64,000 bases of DNA from Guillardia theta CCMP2712 (lineage: Eukaryota; Protista; Cryptophyta), in the NCBI RefSeq assembly GCF_000315625.1, contig NW_005434665.1:305198-369197 (forward strand), given 5' to 3'. Each line of letters starts with the position of its first letter. Position 1 is the stretch's first letter. Of the stretch, positions 1 through 10,785 are shown one piece after another. The position numbers and the translations under genes are program-made. The notes under the pieces were generated by a model, which did no database searches, was not told the origin of the DNA, and was given only the letters and a program-made list of their open reading frames with translations.

Positions 1-830
1 GCAATGGCAGGAAGAGTGGATCCATGAAGAGTCAGGATACTCCGTTGACATCTTCTTAAGGGATGCAAAGTGATGGTAGAGGTGAAAACCATTCTCCTCC
101 TCCTCCTCTCACACCCTACGCCTCCCCTCCTCGCTCTTCCTCTCCTTTTTGCCTCCTACCTTACCTCCTCCTCCTCCGCCACCGCCGCTGCCGCTACCAC
201 CACCACCACATCATCATCATCATCATCATCATCATCCCCCTCTTCGCTTCCTCCATTTAATATCTGCTCCTGCATTTCGCTGGGCTGCAGGTCGACGGTC
301 CTCTGCACTTTGCCTTCAAGACGCGCAAGGCCCTGGGAAGCACCAAGATGAAGCGAAGACATCTGCAAGAGTCTCGGTCACAAGGATACAGGCTGCTCGT
401 GGTGACAGCAAACGTTGCTGAGAAGAGTGTTGACATGATTCTTAGATTCCTTACTGGGAATGGAACAGTCAGAAGATGGTTGATGACGTCGATGGTGGTG
501 GGGTCAAGAAGGTCCAATACCTCAAGACCAAGCTGGAATCTATCGGGGAGACTCGAAGGTGATTGGTATGTAGATTCACGATCCTTTAGAAGGTTTGTTA
601 GAGCCCGTTGGGTCTTGTGTACACTAAGTTGAATGAAGTATGTGTCAACACACTCTGATGGATCTCCTTCATTCGCGTTTGTTGTCTCGCATGACTTCTG
701 GATTCTCCCATGGCTACACATTGCGTGGTGCAGGACAAGAGCGACGAAAGGGGAGACGCGGACGAGGACAGGGAGGATGACGATGACGAGGAGGAGGAGG
801 AGGAGGAGGAGGAGGAGAGAGCGAGAGGAG
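1..830 (-). CDS. Hypothetical multi-exon protein running off the window start
   Basis: Complex protein-like stretches in minus frames (257..964 ORF core; ...MSSLHLGASQGLARLEGKVQRTVDLQPSEMQEQILNG) separated by microsatellite blocks; no family recognised; start uncertain. Confidence 0.3.
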
Positions 831-1117
831 GAGGAAAAGGAGGAGGAGGAGGAGGTGGTGGTGGTGGTGGTGGTGGAGGAGGAGGAGGAGGAGGAGGAGG
901 AGGTCGAGGATTTTGGTTTGCCGGGAGTCGGGCAGATCCTAGGATATGCCACCCTACCCCTCAAGTTACCAGAAGTTCTTCAGGTAATAGGGGGTTACCT
1001 GAAACACGCCTGGAGGGATTGGCCGCATTGCACATGGCAGGGGAGAGGAGGGGGAAGAGGAGGAGGGGGGAGGAGCGGGAGGGACGAGGAGCGAGGAGGA
1101 AGAGACGATCGTGAGCA

Positions 1118-4100
1118 ATGAAGATGACGATGATGTCTTTTAGCTGTCTCACGTGGACAGCCTTGATCGTTGTCGCCATCCAAGGGGAGGTACCCACCAG
1201 CCCCGCCCAGTTGTCTCTCCGCTCCATGGCGAGTGGGGTTCGTCAGCCTGGTTGCAGCATGTTGCGTCTTCGTGGAGGATTCTTCCAGATCGTAGACAGG
1301 TACGTGCACATGAACTCAGAAGAAGCAGATGACATTGCTGAGTTCGACGCCATGGTCACTTACGGTCTGCGATCGAACTTCACGATCCTGAAGTACAAAG
1401 AGAAGGCGAGGGAAGAGAGGAAGATGAAGATGAGGATCTTCGAGACCAACAGGATCCTAGAGACGATGAGCGAGCAGACAGCGCGTGAGGTTGCTGCGAA
1501 ATTAAGATTCAGATCCTTCAAAGAGATCGAGGCAAGGGCAGCGGTGACGGCGGGAAACGGGAGCAGGGGTGAACTTTTCTCCAGGGAGCATTTTTACATC
1601 AACGAGGTCAAAGACCTGTGCGACATGAGGGAGAAAGGAACTCTAAGAAACAGGCTGAGGATCAGCAAACCAGCATACGAGGAGCTTTGTACAGTCCTGC
1701 AAGCTTACAGTCGGAGGCAGCCCTTGCCAGTACACGCCACGAGCAAGATATCAAAGGAGATCGAGCAAGGAGAGAATTTTACCCTCTACTACCACACGGA
1801 GGTCCAACGGCTCAGAGAGAGACTGAACTTCTCAATCTCGGAGGAAGATGTAGGAGATTACACGTCTGAGGAGATGGAATCTATCAAGGTCGCTGACGAG
1901 AACGGCACCGACTACTTCGTGCAACTTCCTTTGCATGACGACGAGCGGTTTAACAACATCTCGAGCCCCTTGGACAATCTCTTGAAACTTGATCTCCGAG
2001 ATGAGCACAAGTTGAAAGAATTCCTATCAGTCGCCTGGGGCAAGCAGAACATGTTGGATTACGTCACCAAGAAGAACAACATGACTCAAGATGAGTTGAT
2101 TGTAAGCTCCCTTCCACCTGCACTCTTACTCTTTCCTCTCGTCGCATCCTCCCCTTCCCTCCTTCGCTCTCCTCGCCTCTCTCTCCCCCTCCCTCACCTC
2201 TGAACCGCCCTCCCCCATCAGGCCAGGAAGAAATTTCTTTCCTTCGACCCAGATCAAGAATGGCTGAAACAAGCGGCTGCGATGCTGACGGACAAGGAAA
2301 AGTTCGAGGTGAAGCTTTTTGCTGTCTGCTGCGGAGGAAAGGGGAAGTGGGTGACGAGGATCAGGCGCTGGTGAGGAGAGGAGCCATGGTGAACATCTCG
2401 TTACAACTTCTGTACGAGAGGAGGTCAAGTCTGATGTGTGTGAAGCAAACCATGACTGGACGAGCAGAGCTTTGAAGAACAACCTGACCCTCACTGAGAT
2501 CACCACCGAGTCTTTTGATAGACTTCCTGCCTACCTTGCTCGGTAACCCCTCCTCTTCCTGACTCCACTTGTCGACCTTCTGTCCTCTACCGTCGTCTCC
2601 CTCCCCGTCCCTCGACTGGCTCTACTGTCTCCCTCCTCCCCCCCCACCTGCTCCTCGCTATGGCCTTCCCCTCCTCCTGCTCTTCTTCGCTCCATCTCAA
2701 CAGCCAGCAGGTCACCCAAGTACAACTACACGGAACGAGACGTCAGCTGGAGGACGAGCATAGACACAAGGAACTACGCTCCTCCTCCTGACTATGCTCC
2801 CTATGCGACCGGCTCCTACCGCGGCGCCTGTCCGATTCCATGCGGGGTACCGGGCTGCTTCATGTATGGAGGAGGAGGATGGAGAAGACGGAAGGGAAGG
2901 GAGGGGAAAGGAAGATATGCTCGTGTTGGATAGGATTAGGAGGAGGAAACCTGTAGAGGAGGAGAAGAGAAAGGAAAGGAGGGGAGGGGAAAGAGGAGGA
3001 GGGCCTGACCTGTGATGCAGTTGCGAAGAGTCGGACCTTCCTGATGAACTGAATCCAATAATGCCCGAAGATGAATATCGCGTGCCTCTACATCAGCGAA
3101 GGTGAAGGACATGCTTGCATTGTTCCTAGGACTTCTCTCCTCCTCCCTCCCCCTCCCCCCAACCGCCTCGTCTGTCCTCCTCCTCCTCCTTCCCCTCCTT
3201 CTGCTCCTGCTCTTCCTCCCCCTCCTCCTCCTCCCCCTCCTCCACCTCCCCCTCCTCCCCCTCCTCCTCCTCCTCCTCCTCCTACCAGCGCTAGCAACTG
3301 TCCTCGTCCTCCTAGTCCTCCTCTAGCCTCGAACTTGTTTCTCACCCTCATTCATCGCAGGCGCATCGACCAGGCGAGGGCGAAGGCCTTCCAGGGGCTG
3401 AACGAGTCACAGGTGAGGTTCGACTGCTCGACTGGAGCTGACAGCCGGCAGATCAAGGAAAGAGACTTCATCGCCAAGAACAAGTCCGAGACAACAGGTC
3501 CTCCTTGCCTGCCCACCTGACTTGACCTGCAGAGTCTTCGGGGGGTTGAACCTGACCAAGTTCAAGCTGCACAAGGACACTGAGAGAATGATCACGAGCA
3601 TCTTGAGCCCCAAGATCAAGAAAGCGTAACCGCCTGCTCCCAGCTCTGCCGCGTCTCACCTGACTTCAGTTACTTCCCCGTCTTCAACTTGGAACTCTCT
3701 GTCCGCCGCCCCGACGGGTCGAAGATCGTAGTGGACGAGTTCGACACGCTGACGGGGAGCAAGTACTTCAAGGGAGGCAAGCGGAGCATGTTCGACGAGG
3801 CGTCATACAGCGTGAACATGTCCATCGTCGACGACCAGGCGTATAGGACCAGTCTTAGAGCTCGGAGGAGCGAGATGCTGGGTGAGGGAGAGCAGGAGGG
3901 AGGGAGAAGGAGGAGAGAGGAGGAGGAGGTCGTGCCGGAGGAACCAACCCGAGAGGAGAAGCTTGCGCTGCTGCGATCAGGTGAATGGGAGGATGTTGTT
4001 GGGGTAAGGTGACAACCATGGCAGGGAAAAGTTTAGCTGACGTGTCGTTGATGAAGACGACAAAGACAAGGGAGGAGAGGGAGACGCGATCAGATCAGCC

Positions 4101-4377
4101 GTCAAGCTCAAGACAAGAATTAAGAAGCAGGAAATCAAGAGGAGAAGGAGAGAGTGATGGAATGGCGAAGAGGAAGAAAAATAGGAACGATGAGGAGGAG
4201 GAGGAGGAGGAGGAGGAGGAGGAGGAGACGAGAAAACCAAAGAAAAAGGACAAAGTGAAGGAGGACACGAAGGGGAAAGAACGAGATGAGAAGGAGAAGA
4301 ACAAGAAGAAGAAGAAGAAGGAGAAGGAGAAGTCAGAAAGTGTGGCCGACGATTCATCGGGTAAGGCAGCAACATAA
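1118..4377 (+). CDS. Hypothetical multi-exon protein: signal peptide, LRLRGG motif, Lys/Glu-rich C-terminal tail
   Basis: Long first exon 1118-2101 (hydrophobic N-terminus WTALIVVAIQG; MLRLRGG at 1259-1279); GT donor at 2102, AG acceptor near 2221; later exons separated by CCT/GGA-rich introns; last exon is the 3985..4377 ORF. Confidence 0.55.
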
Positions 4378-4581
4378 TTGTTCGACTTTCACTCATGTAC
4401 ATTTCTCAAGCATCTACATGGAAGGCGGAACCCGAGGCAAGGAGTGAAACGCATGGCAACGACATTCTCGAGTATGAGAGGTCATCAATAAGCTTCGATT
4501 GAAATCTCTCTTCTCGTCTTTCCTTCCCTCCCCCCCCCCCCCCCCCTCTTCCTCTCTTCTCGAGTGCTCCTCTTTCTCCGA

Positions 4582-7500
4582 CTACCCTTCTGCCTTGACC
4601 TCGGGAATTTCTTCCTCAACCTCCTCCTTCACCTCTGGTTCCTCTGCTGCCTCCTCTATCATCGCTTCCGTCATTTTCTCCTCTGCCACTTGACCCTTCT
4701 CCTCTTCCTGCCCCTCCTGCCCCTGCTCCTGCACCTGCTCCTGCTCCTGCTCCTGCCCCTTCCCCTTCCCCTTCTCTTCCTCCTGCTCTTTCTCCTCCTG
4801 CTTCTGCTCAACCGTCGATTCCGCCTCTCCTCCTTCCTTCGCCTTCTCCTGCTGCTCTGGTCGGGGCGGGAGCTGCTTCCGCTTCTTGCTCGGCATCCTG
4901 CCGGCGGCGCAGAGAATTCCGCTGGAAGTCAGAGGGTTGTAGACCTGCAAGAGGGATGGGGAGTCAGAAGCGATGAAGGAGGAGGAGGAAGAGGAGGAGG
5001 AGGAGGAGGAGGAGGAGGAGGAGGAGGAGAGATAGAGGCGAGAGATGGAGGGAGAGGAAGAGCAGAGGGAGAAGGGAAGGAGGGGGAGGGAAACATCGGA
5101 GGAGAGTGTCGAAGGGAAAAGGGCCAGGGAATGACCTCGATGAACTTGATGCGGTAAGGGTCTCCCGAGGAAGGAGCCAAGGGTCTGAGCACAGGCGAGT
5201 CTCGCAGAGGCTTCAGCTTCCTGTTTGCCATTGCTGATGCCCTCAGCACTTCCTCAGCAGCAGCAGGGGCGGCATGATGGGACATGGAGGACTTGGATCG
5301 AACGTGTCCCACCACCTTCTCTCTCCTCGCCACCTCCAACGAGCTTCTTGGCCTCTCCTCCTCTCCCCGCATGTGCGGGCCGCACTGCGCCGGAGGACGT
5401 TGCTTCCTCCACCTTGACGCTCCGGCCTTGGTCGACTTCGTCCTTTCCTTCTTGGTCTTCAGCTTGGGCAGGAAGCTGTCGCTCTCCTCCCTCGGCTTCT
5501 TCTCTTCTTCCTCCTCCCTCACAGCCTCCTCTCCTCCTCCTTCCAGCATGTCGGGGGAGCCTTCGGACCAGTCCTGGAGATCGTCCAGGCGCTTGTTGAG
5601 CTCTTCCATCTGGGCGTCAAGGAGGGAGGAGGAAGGGAGGGCGGAGGGCTGAAACGCCGGGCGATGATCATCGTCCGTTGACGTCACGTCCACTGACTCC
5701 CCGAGCACGCGAGGATGCCCCAGCCCAGAGAGCTCTGCTGCTGCCCCTTCTCCTTCTCCTTCTCCTTCTCCTGGGTATTCAATCACTACTTCTCCTCCTC
5801 CTTCGGTTCCTTCTGCTCCTTCTGAACCGGCTTCCCCTGCTGCTCGGGATAGTCTCCCTCCCCCCTCCTCGTCCTGCCCTCTCCGGATGACGCGGATCGC
5901 CTGCTCGCGGCTGCGAGGCGACATGATTCTCAGGGCGAGCGAGAGGTTCTTCTTTCTCATCCTCTGCAGGGCGACGAAGGAATGGCTGCGAAGCCTGCCC
6001 GAGCCGATGTCAGCCGCCAAGCCGGAGAGCGAGAGGAGGTCACTCCCATCCTGTGCTATGTGGAGCTTCTCCTCCTCCAGCAGCCTGCGGAAGCCCTCGA
6101 CCTCGTCGTCGATCTCTGCGGCCCGGAGGCGGGAGGAGGCGAGGGTGAGCTTGTGCTGCGAGATGTCAAACCTCTCCCTCCACATCTTCCAGGCCTCATG
6201 CTCGCTGTCCCCCTTGCTCTTGTGCTGCAACAGCCGCCCGAAGATATCCTCCCGCGTCCACGCGTACTGCAGGAACTCGTCAAAGTCGATGGAGTTGCTC
6301 CCGTCCGTGTCCGCCGCATCCATCAGGTCCTGCGCGAGCTGCCGCGCCATCGGCTCCTCGATCTGCTTCCCCAGCGTCGACATGATGTCCTTCACCATCC
6401 TCAGAAGCCCATCCTTTCCCATCTCCTCCGTCCCCTTCCTCCTGTACTTGTTGAACGTGTACTTCCACATCAGCAGCGGCCCGAAGACCTCTGGCTGGCT
6501 GGAGATGTAATCTTTCACCTCTTCCAGGTTCACCCGGTCCCTTCCCGTCCTCCCGCACGTGCGAAGGCACTGCTCCGCCTGCGCCTTCGCGGAGCTGAAG
6601 GAAAGGCTCTTGTTGAAGGCAGAGGCGATCTCCTTTAAACAGAGTTCCACCTCCTGCAGGAAGAGAAACCCGTCCTTGTCCGCGTCGTAGGAGGAGAAGA
6701 TCTCGTCTATAGTCTCCACGTCGGAAGCCCGAGGGATCCACTCTCCTCCTCCCTGCCCCTTCGCCTCCCGCAGCTTCTCTCGGTGCTTCGCGTTTCTCTT
6801 AATGAATTCTTCAGTCTCCTGCTGCAGTGCCTCCACCTTCCTCCTCTCCGTCCGCCGCTTCTGCGACGCTGTGATCACCTTGGTCACCAGCTCCGAGCTC
6901 GACACGAGGGAGAGGTCTGGGTCCAGCGACACGTTGGGGGTCCGCAGGCGGGTCCTTGAGGAGGAGGACAGCCTGCTGTCCTGTCGGATGGTCTCGTCAT
7001 CGGCTGGGACCCTGTGGGAGGAGAAGGGGCGAGCGATTTGGTCGAGAGGAGCCGTACAGTCTGTGAGGTCGAGCTTCGCCTGCTCGATCTCCGACTGGTT
7101 GATGGAGAGACAGCAATCCTCGCAGACTGAGACAAGCCTTCCCTCGAACGAGGGGTTCGTAGCAGCCCACAGCACAATCTCTCTCATCCTCTCGAAAGAG
7201 ATTTCTTTCTTCTTGAAGACAGAAGCCATGATGATCGTCCGGAGGTAATGCCTGCAACAAGAATCACACAAGAAAGCTCGCCTTAGTCAACATGTCATTG
7301 CAATCATGATAGAAACATATGCATAAACTTCACCCACCTGTCTTTATCGAAAGCCTTCTTCTCTGCCTCTATCTCCATTTTGTGTGCATGTTCAGCATTG
7401 TAGGATGATCGGACCGGCACGTATCGCCGCCTCGACGGGTTTCTTGGGAATTTCGTTTCGATCGTCTCGCCATATTTGATGTGCCTGGCCGCCCCAGCAC

Positions 7501-8960
7501 TCTCTATGTACTCAGACCAAGATCTATCAGTTTCTCTCATCCTCTGCACAATATCGCGCTCCCTTTCGATGGCGACGTAGAGGAGCGGGCAGATCTTTCT
7601 GAGGAGGGAGAGATATCTTACCTGCCACAGAGTTCAACGCATGCAGCGTGAACGCAACACGGATATATCAATAGCAAGACAGGGCAGGGCAAGAATTACA
7701 ACGAGCGACAGCCAACAACCACCTGTGCGTTTGCGACTCACCTTGTACTCGATTGCATTGCAAATTGAGATGTCCCTTGCACAACTTGGACAGAGTCCGA
7801 TGTCCGGGCCCAATCCCTTATCCGTATCATGCTTGCCATCCACTGCTTCCACAACCTCGCCGTTGAACTGCGAGCTCTCAATACACTTGGGGGTGGAAGG
7901 ACGCTGATTCGTCGCTCCCTCGTGGTTCTCCTCAGTCATGAACTGCAAGGAGGAGCACCACAGCAGGTACAACCTTCCATCGACCCCCATCTTGAAGTAG
8001 AACACTCCTCGCCATATCCGGTGAGTAAAGGGCAGGAGGGAGGAGAGGTGTTCTACGATCCACTCAAGCTGCTCCGCAATCTCATCGCGAAGGTCCTGAC
8101 CAGGAATGTTCCTGATCTCAGACAAGTGCAAGAATCCGTCGAAAGTCGCTGCCCGGGTGCTGAGAGGGATATGAGGAGAGTCAATGTCATGGATGTTCGC
8201 CCGTTGCTCAATCTTGAGGCAATGCGGTGTCCACCAAGCTCGGATCACAGAGTTGGAGCCGCCTGGAGGGGGGATGTGAAGCTGGAGGATACCACTTCTG
8301 TCGTCGCATCGCAGTCTCTCGTAGAGGTACGTCCTCAGGGAGTCCACATCGAAGTACTCCACGGTCGAAGTCCACTCGTTCTTCTGATCATTCCACTGGG
8401 CTGCGATGAGGTATGCAAGGACAGTGCTGGAGGATAAGACAAATCCTTTCCTCTTGTAGGCCTGACAGATCCCTTCATGAAGCAACCTCGGTTGCAGGTC
8501 AGTGATTTTCTCCCTCCGGTGTATGACACTGTCATTCGCAGAAATCCATGCAAAGGCTCGCCGTTGCTTGATGATGATTGTATCTGGAATCAGGTACTCT
8601 GCTTGATATACAGGAGCGTTTCCTGCGTCTGGATCGGAAGCAAGATAATCAAAGAAAGTATTGATCCAGTTCACGTTTTCAAGCTGGTAGGCAGCAGGCA
8701 ATGATAGTTGATTTCCTTTTTTAAGAGTCTTTTGTAACGTAGACCAGTACTGTAGTTCCAAACTTTCGCGAATCTTGTCGCTGATCTTTACATCGTGTAG
8801 GTAGGACAAATCTTCATCCGTGCCTAGCTGTTCCCTTGCTATGGAGGTGCGATCATGGGCTCTTTGCTTCATTAGAACTGTAGCAGGAATGGTTTTCAAA
8901 TCCTGACGGAGATATCGCACTTGTCGTTCATTGATGTCATTGTAAACCTATCTGACTCAT
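4582..8960 (-). CDS. Large EF-hand protein with an uncharacterised, possibly ATP-grasp-like N-terminal domain
   Basis: Co-linear minus ORFs 7634..8920, 7304..7549, 4929..7271 and 4582..4950; EF-hand loops DADKDGFLFLQE and DTDGSNSIDFDE; intron 5134-4946 has GT/AG ends; start uncertain. Confidence 0.7.
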
Positions 8961-9159
8961 GGTTCCCCTCCTGCCTTGTACCAACTCATCGGCTTCACTG
9001 ATCAAACGTGTCACAGAGCAGCAGCAGCAGGTCATGAGCATCTGACTGTGCAGTGCTGCCCCTTCCTCTGCCGCCATCATCCCGAACCTGTCAACCGATC
9101 TCAAACCGTCCAACCCCCCCACCCCCTTTCTCCCCACCATCTACCAGTGGGGTTGACTG

Positions 9160-9650
9160 GTGGGGGCAACGGCCGTCTCGGCCCGCGGCCGGGCGGGGCA
9201 GTGCTCAGTGGCCGGCCCGGCGGGGGGGGGGGGGGCCGCCGGCCGGGCGGGCCGGATGATGTGGCCCCCCGGGCGGCCCCCGGCCGGGCGGACGGCCCGC
9301 CGCCGTCGGAGCCGGGACTCCGGCGGCCTCTGCAGCCCCGCCTTCACCGTCACGGGGAGCCGGGACCGTCCGCCGGAGGCTCCGACGGCTACGAAGGCTA
9401 GCCTGAGTACGGTTGAGAACATGACTCAGTGATGATCGGGCGTTGGACTCGGGCGTTGATTCGCTAGGACAGCCTCAGCCGGGGAGGCTGGGGCCACGGG
9501 TGACGCTGCAGGCCGGTTGCCGGCCGCCCGGCCATGTCGGACCGTCAGTGATATCAGCCATACGGTCCGAGTCCGGGCCGATCAGGATGCCATGATCTGG
9601 CACTGAGTCTCCCCCGCACTGTCTCCCCCGGGGCTGAGTGGGCCTGAGGG
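9160..9650. promoter_or_regulatory. GC/CpG-rich island between divergently transcribed genes (probable bidirectional promoter)
   Basis: Dense CCGG/GGCC words and several TGAGT/ACTCA words; lies between 5' ends at ~8960 (-) and 9755 (+). Confidence 0.45.
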
Positions 9651-9754
9651 CCTGAATACAAGAAATCCCTGCCATTGAGCCCTCAGCCCCACGCAACCCC
9701 TTCAAATCTGAGAAGGCGTGACCCTTCGCACCCATCGTGACCCCTGGTGCCGCC

Positions 9755-10453
9755 ATGCTCGAGCAGCTCTACGGAAAGCACGCTGCCGCGCTCTATGCCC
9801 AGGTGCGGAGCTTCTCTCCCTCTTGTCCTGACCCCTTCTAAGTGCATGCCTCTCTGTCTTCCTCGTGGCTGCGAGTTAGTTGTCTGCTCTCGAACTGATT
9901 TCTTGACCTGTTGACTTGATTGGTCTGTGAAAACGAGAACTCTGGAAGATGTACTTCATGTATTCCTGTCGCTATGATTACTTTCCTGAATATCACAGCG
10001 AACACAATGATGACTCAATTCTGTATGCATCAGTGTGTTGACCTTTAGTTTTGCACTATGCGATCATTTGTGTGATTGACAGTTCGTTCTCTGGAGAGAT
10101 GTTTCCATGTTGTTGTGCTGCTTCCATTTGAATGCTTTGTGCTTCTTGGAACAGAATCCTTGTTTCATATTGTTCCTTTGTCATGTTCCTCGAAGGTCAA
10201 ATCTGTCTTGCTCTTCTAGCTCAAAATCATAAACTAGTACGAACGGAAGCTGACTCAGATCTCCAGGCCGCTGATTTCAACAAGACCGCAAGGTTCTACT
10301 ACATGAAGGCCCAGGATGCCTACTACCTTGCTAACGCCCAGGTGACTTTCTTGCTGATCTCTTCTGTGTAGACATCTCACTACTCGGCAGGCTTCTTACG
10401 ATGACTGGCGCCGTGCAAGGAGACAGTGGGATTACTTCTACCGCAGGAAGTAA
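9755..10453 (+). CDS. Three-exon 61-aa microprotein MLEQLYGKHAAALYAQAADFNKTARFYYMKAQDAYYLANAQASYDDWRRARRQWDYFYRRK
   Basis: gccgccATG context; exons 9755-9802, 10267-10341 and 10391-10453; both introns phase 0 with CAG|GT donors and CAG acceptors; mostly C/G-ending codons. Confidence 0.65.
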
Positions 10454-10785
10454 ATCTCATTGTTTATTGCGCGCTAGGGACCACGTGGGTTTAAAAGTGT
10501 GGAATAAATCTGGGAGATCCACGTTTGGGTGCGAGAGAGAATGGCAGGGTCATTGGGAAGTGGTTGTGAGGCTGCTGCAACTCAAGTGGTTGGTGAGAAG
10601 CGGAGTAGAATCCAGGCCAGTGGATTGATGGCTGGCGAGATGTTTCCGTTGGAATCGAATGTGATCGAGCATGTCCAGCTGTTAGGTGTGTTCGTGCGCA
10701 AAGGAGAGGGGGTGGGAACAACATGCCTTTTCAAAGCACACATCTATATTTCGAGCACATCAATCATCAATAGCTTGACTTTAAA

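Noticed and set aside
63-1309. Poly-Pro/Gly/His/Glu ORFs (also at 3071-3520, 25476-26447, 30027-30455, 32472-32839)
   Set aside because: Largely translations of microsatellites that lack stop codons
5225-7248. Long plus-strand ORFs opposite the EF-hand gene (likewise opposite the giant gene and AP3D1)
   Set aside because: Antisense shadows of GC-rich coding sequence with no independent motifs
9160-9400. MITE or structured RNA in the GC-rich palindromic tract
   Set aside because: No terminal inverted repeats, target-site duplication or second alignable copy seen; pairing is expected from composition
9755-10453. Ejectisome Tri / R-body Reb identity for the microprotein
   Set aside because: Size is similar, but no Reb-like motif is recognisable and the composition is aromatic and basic
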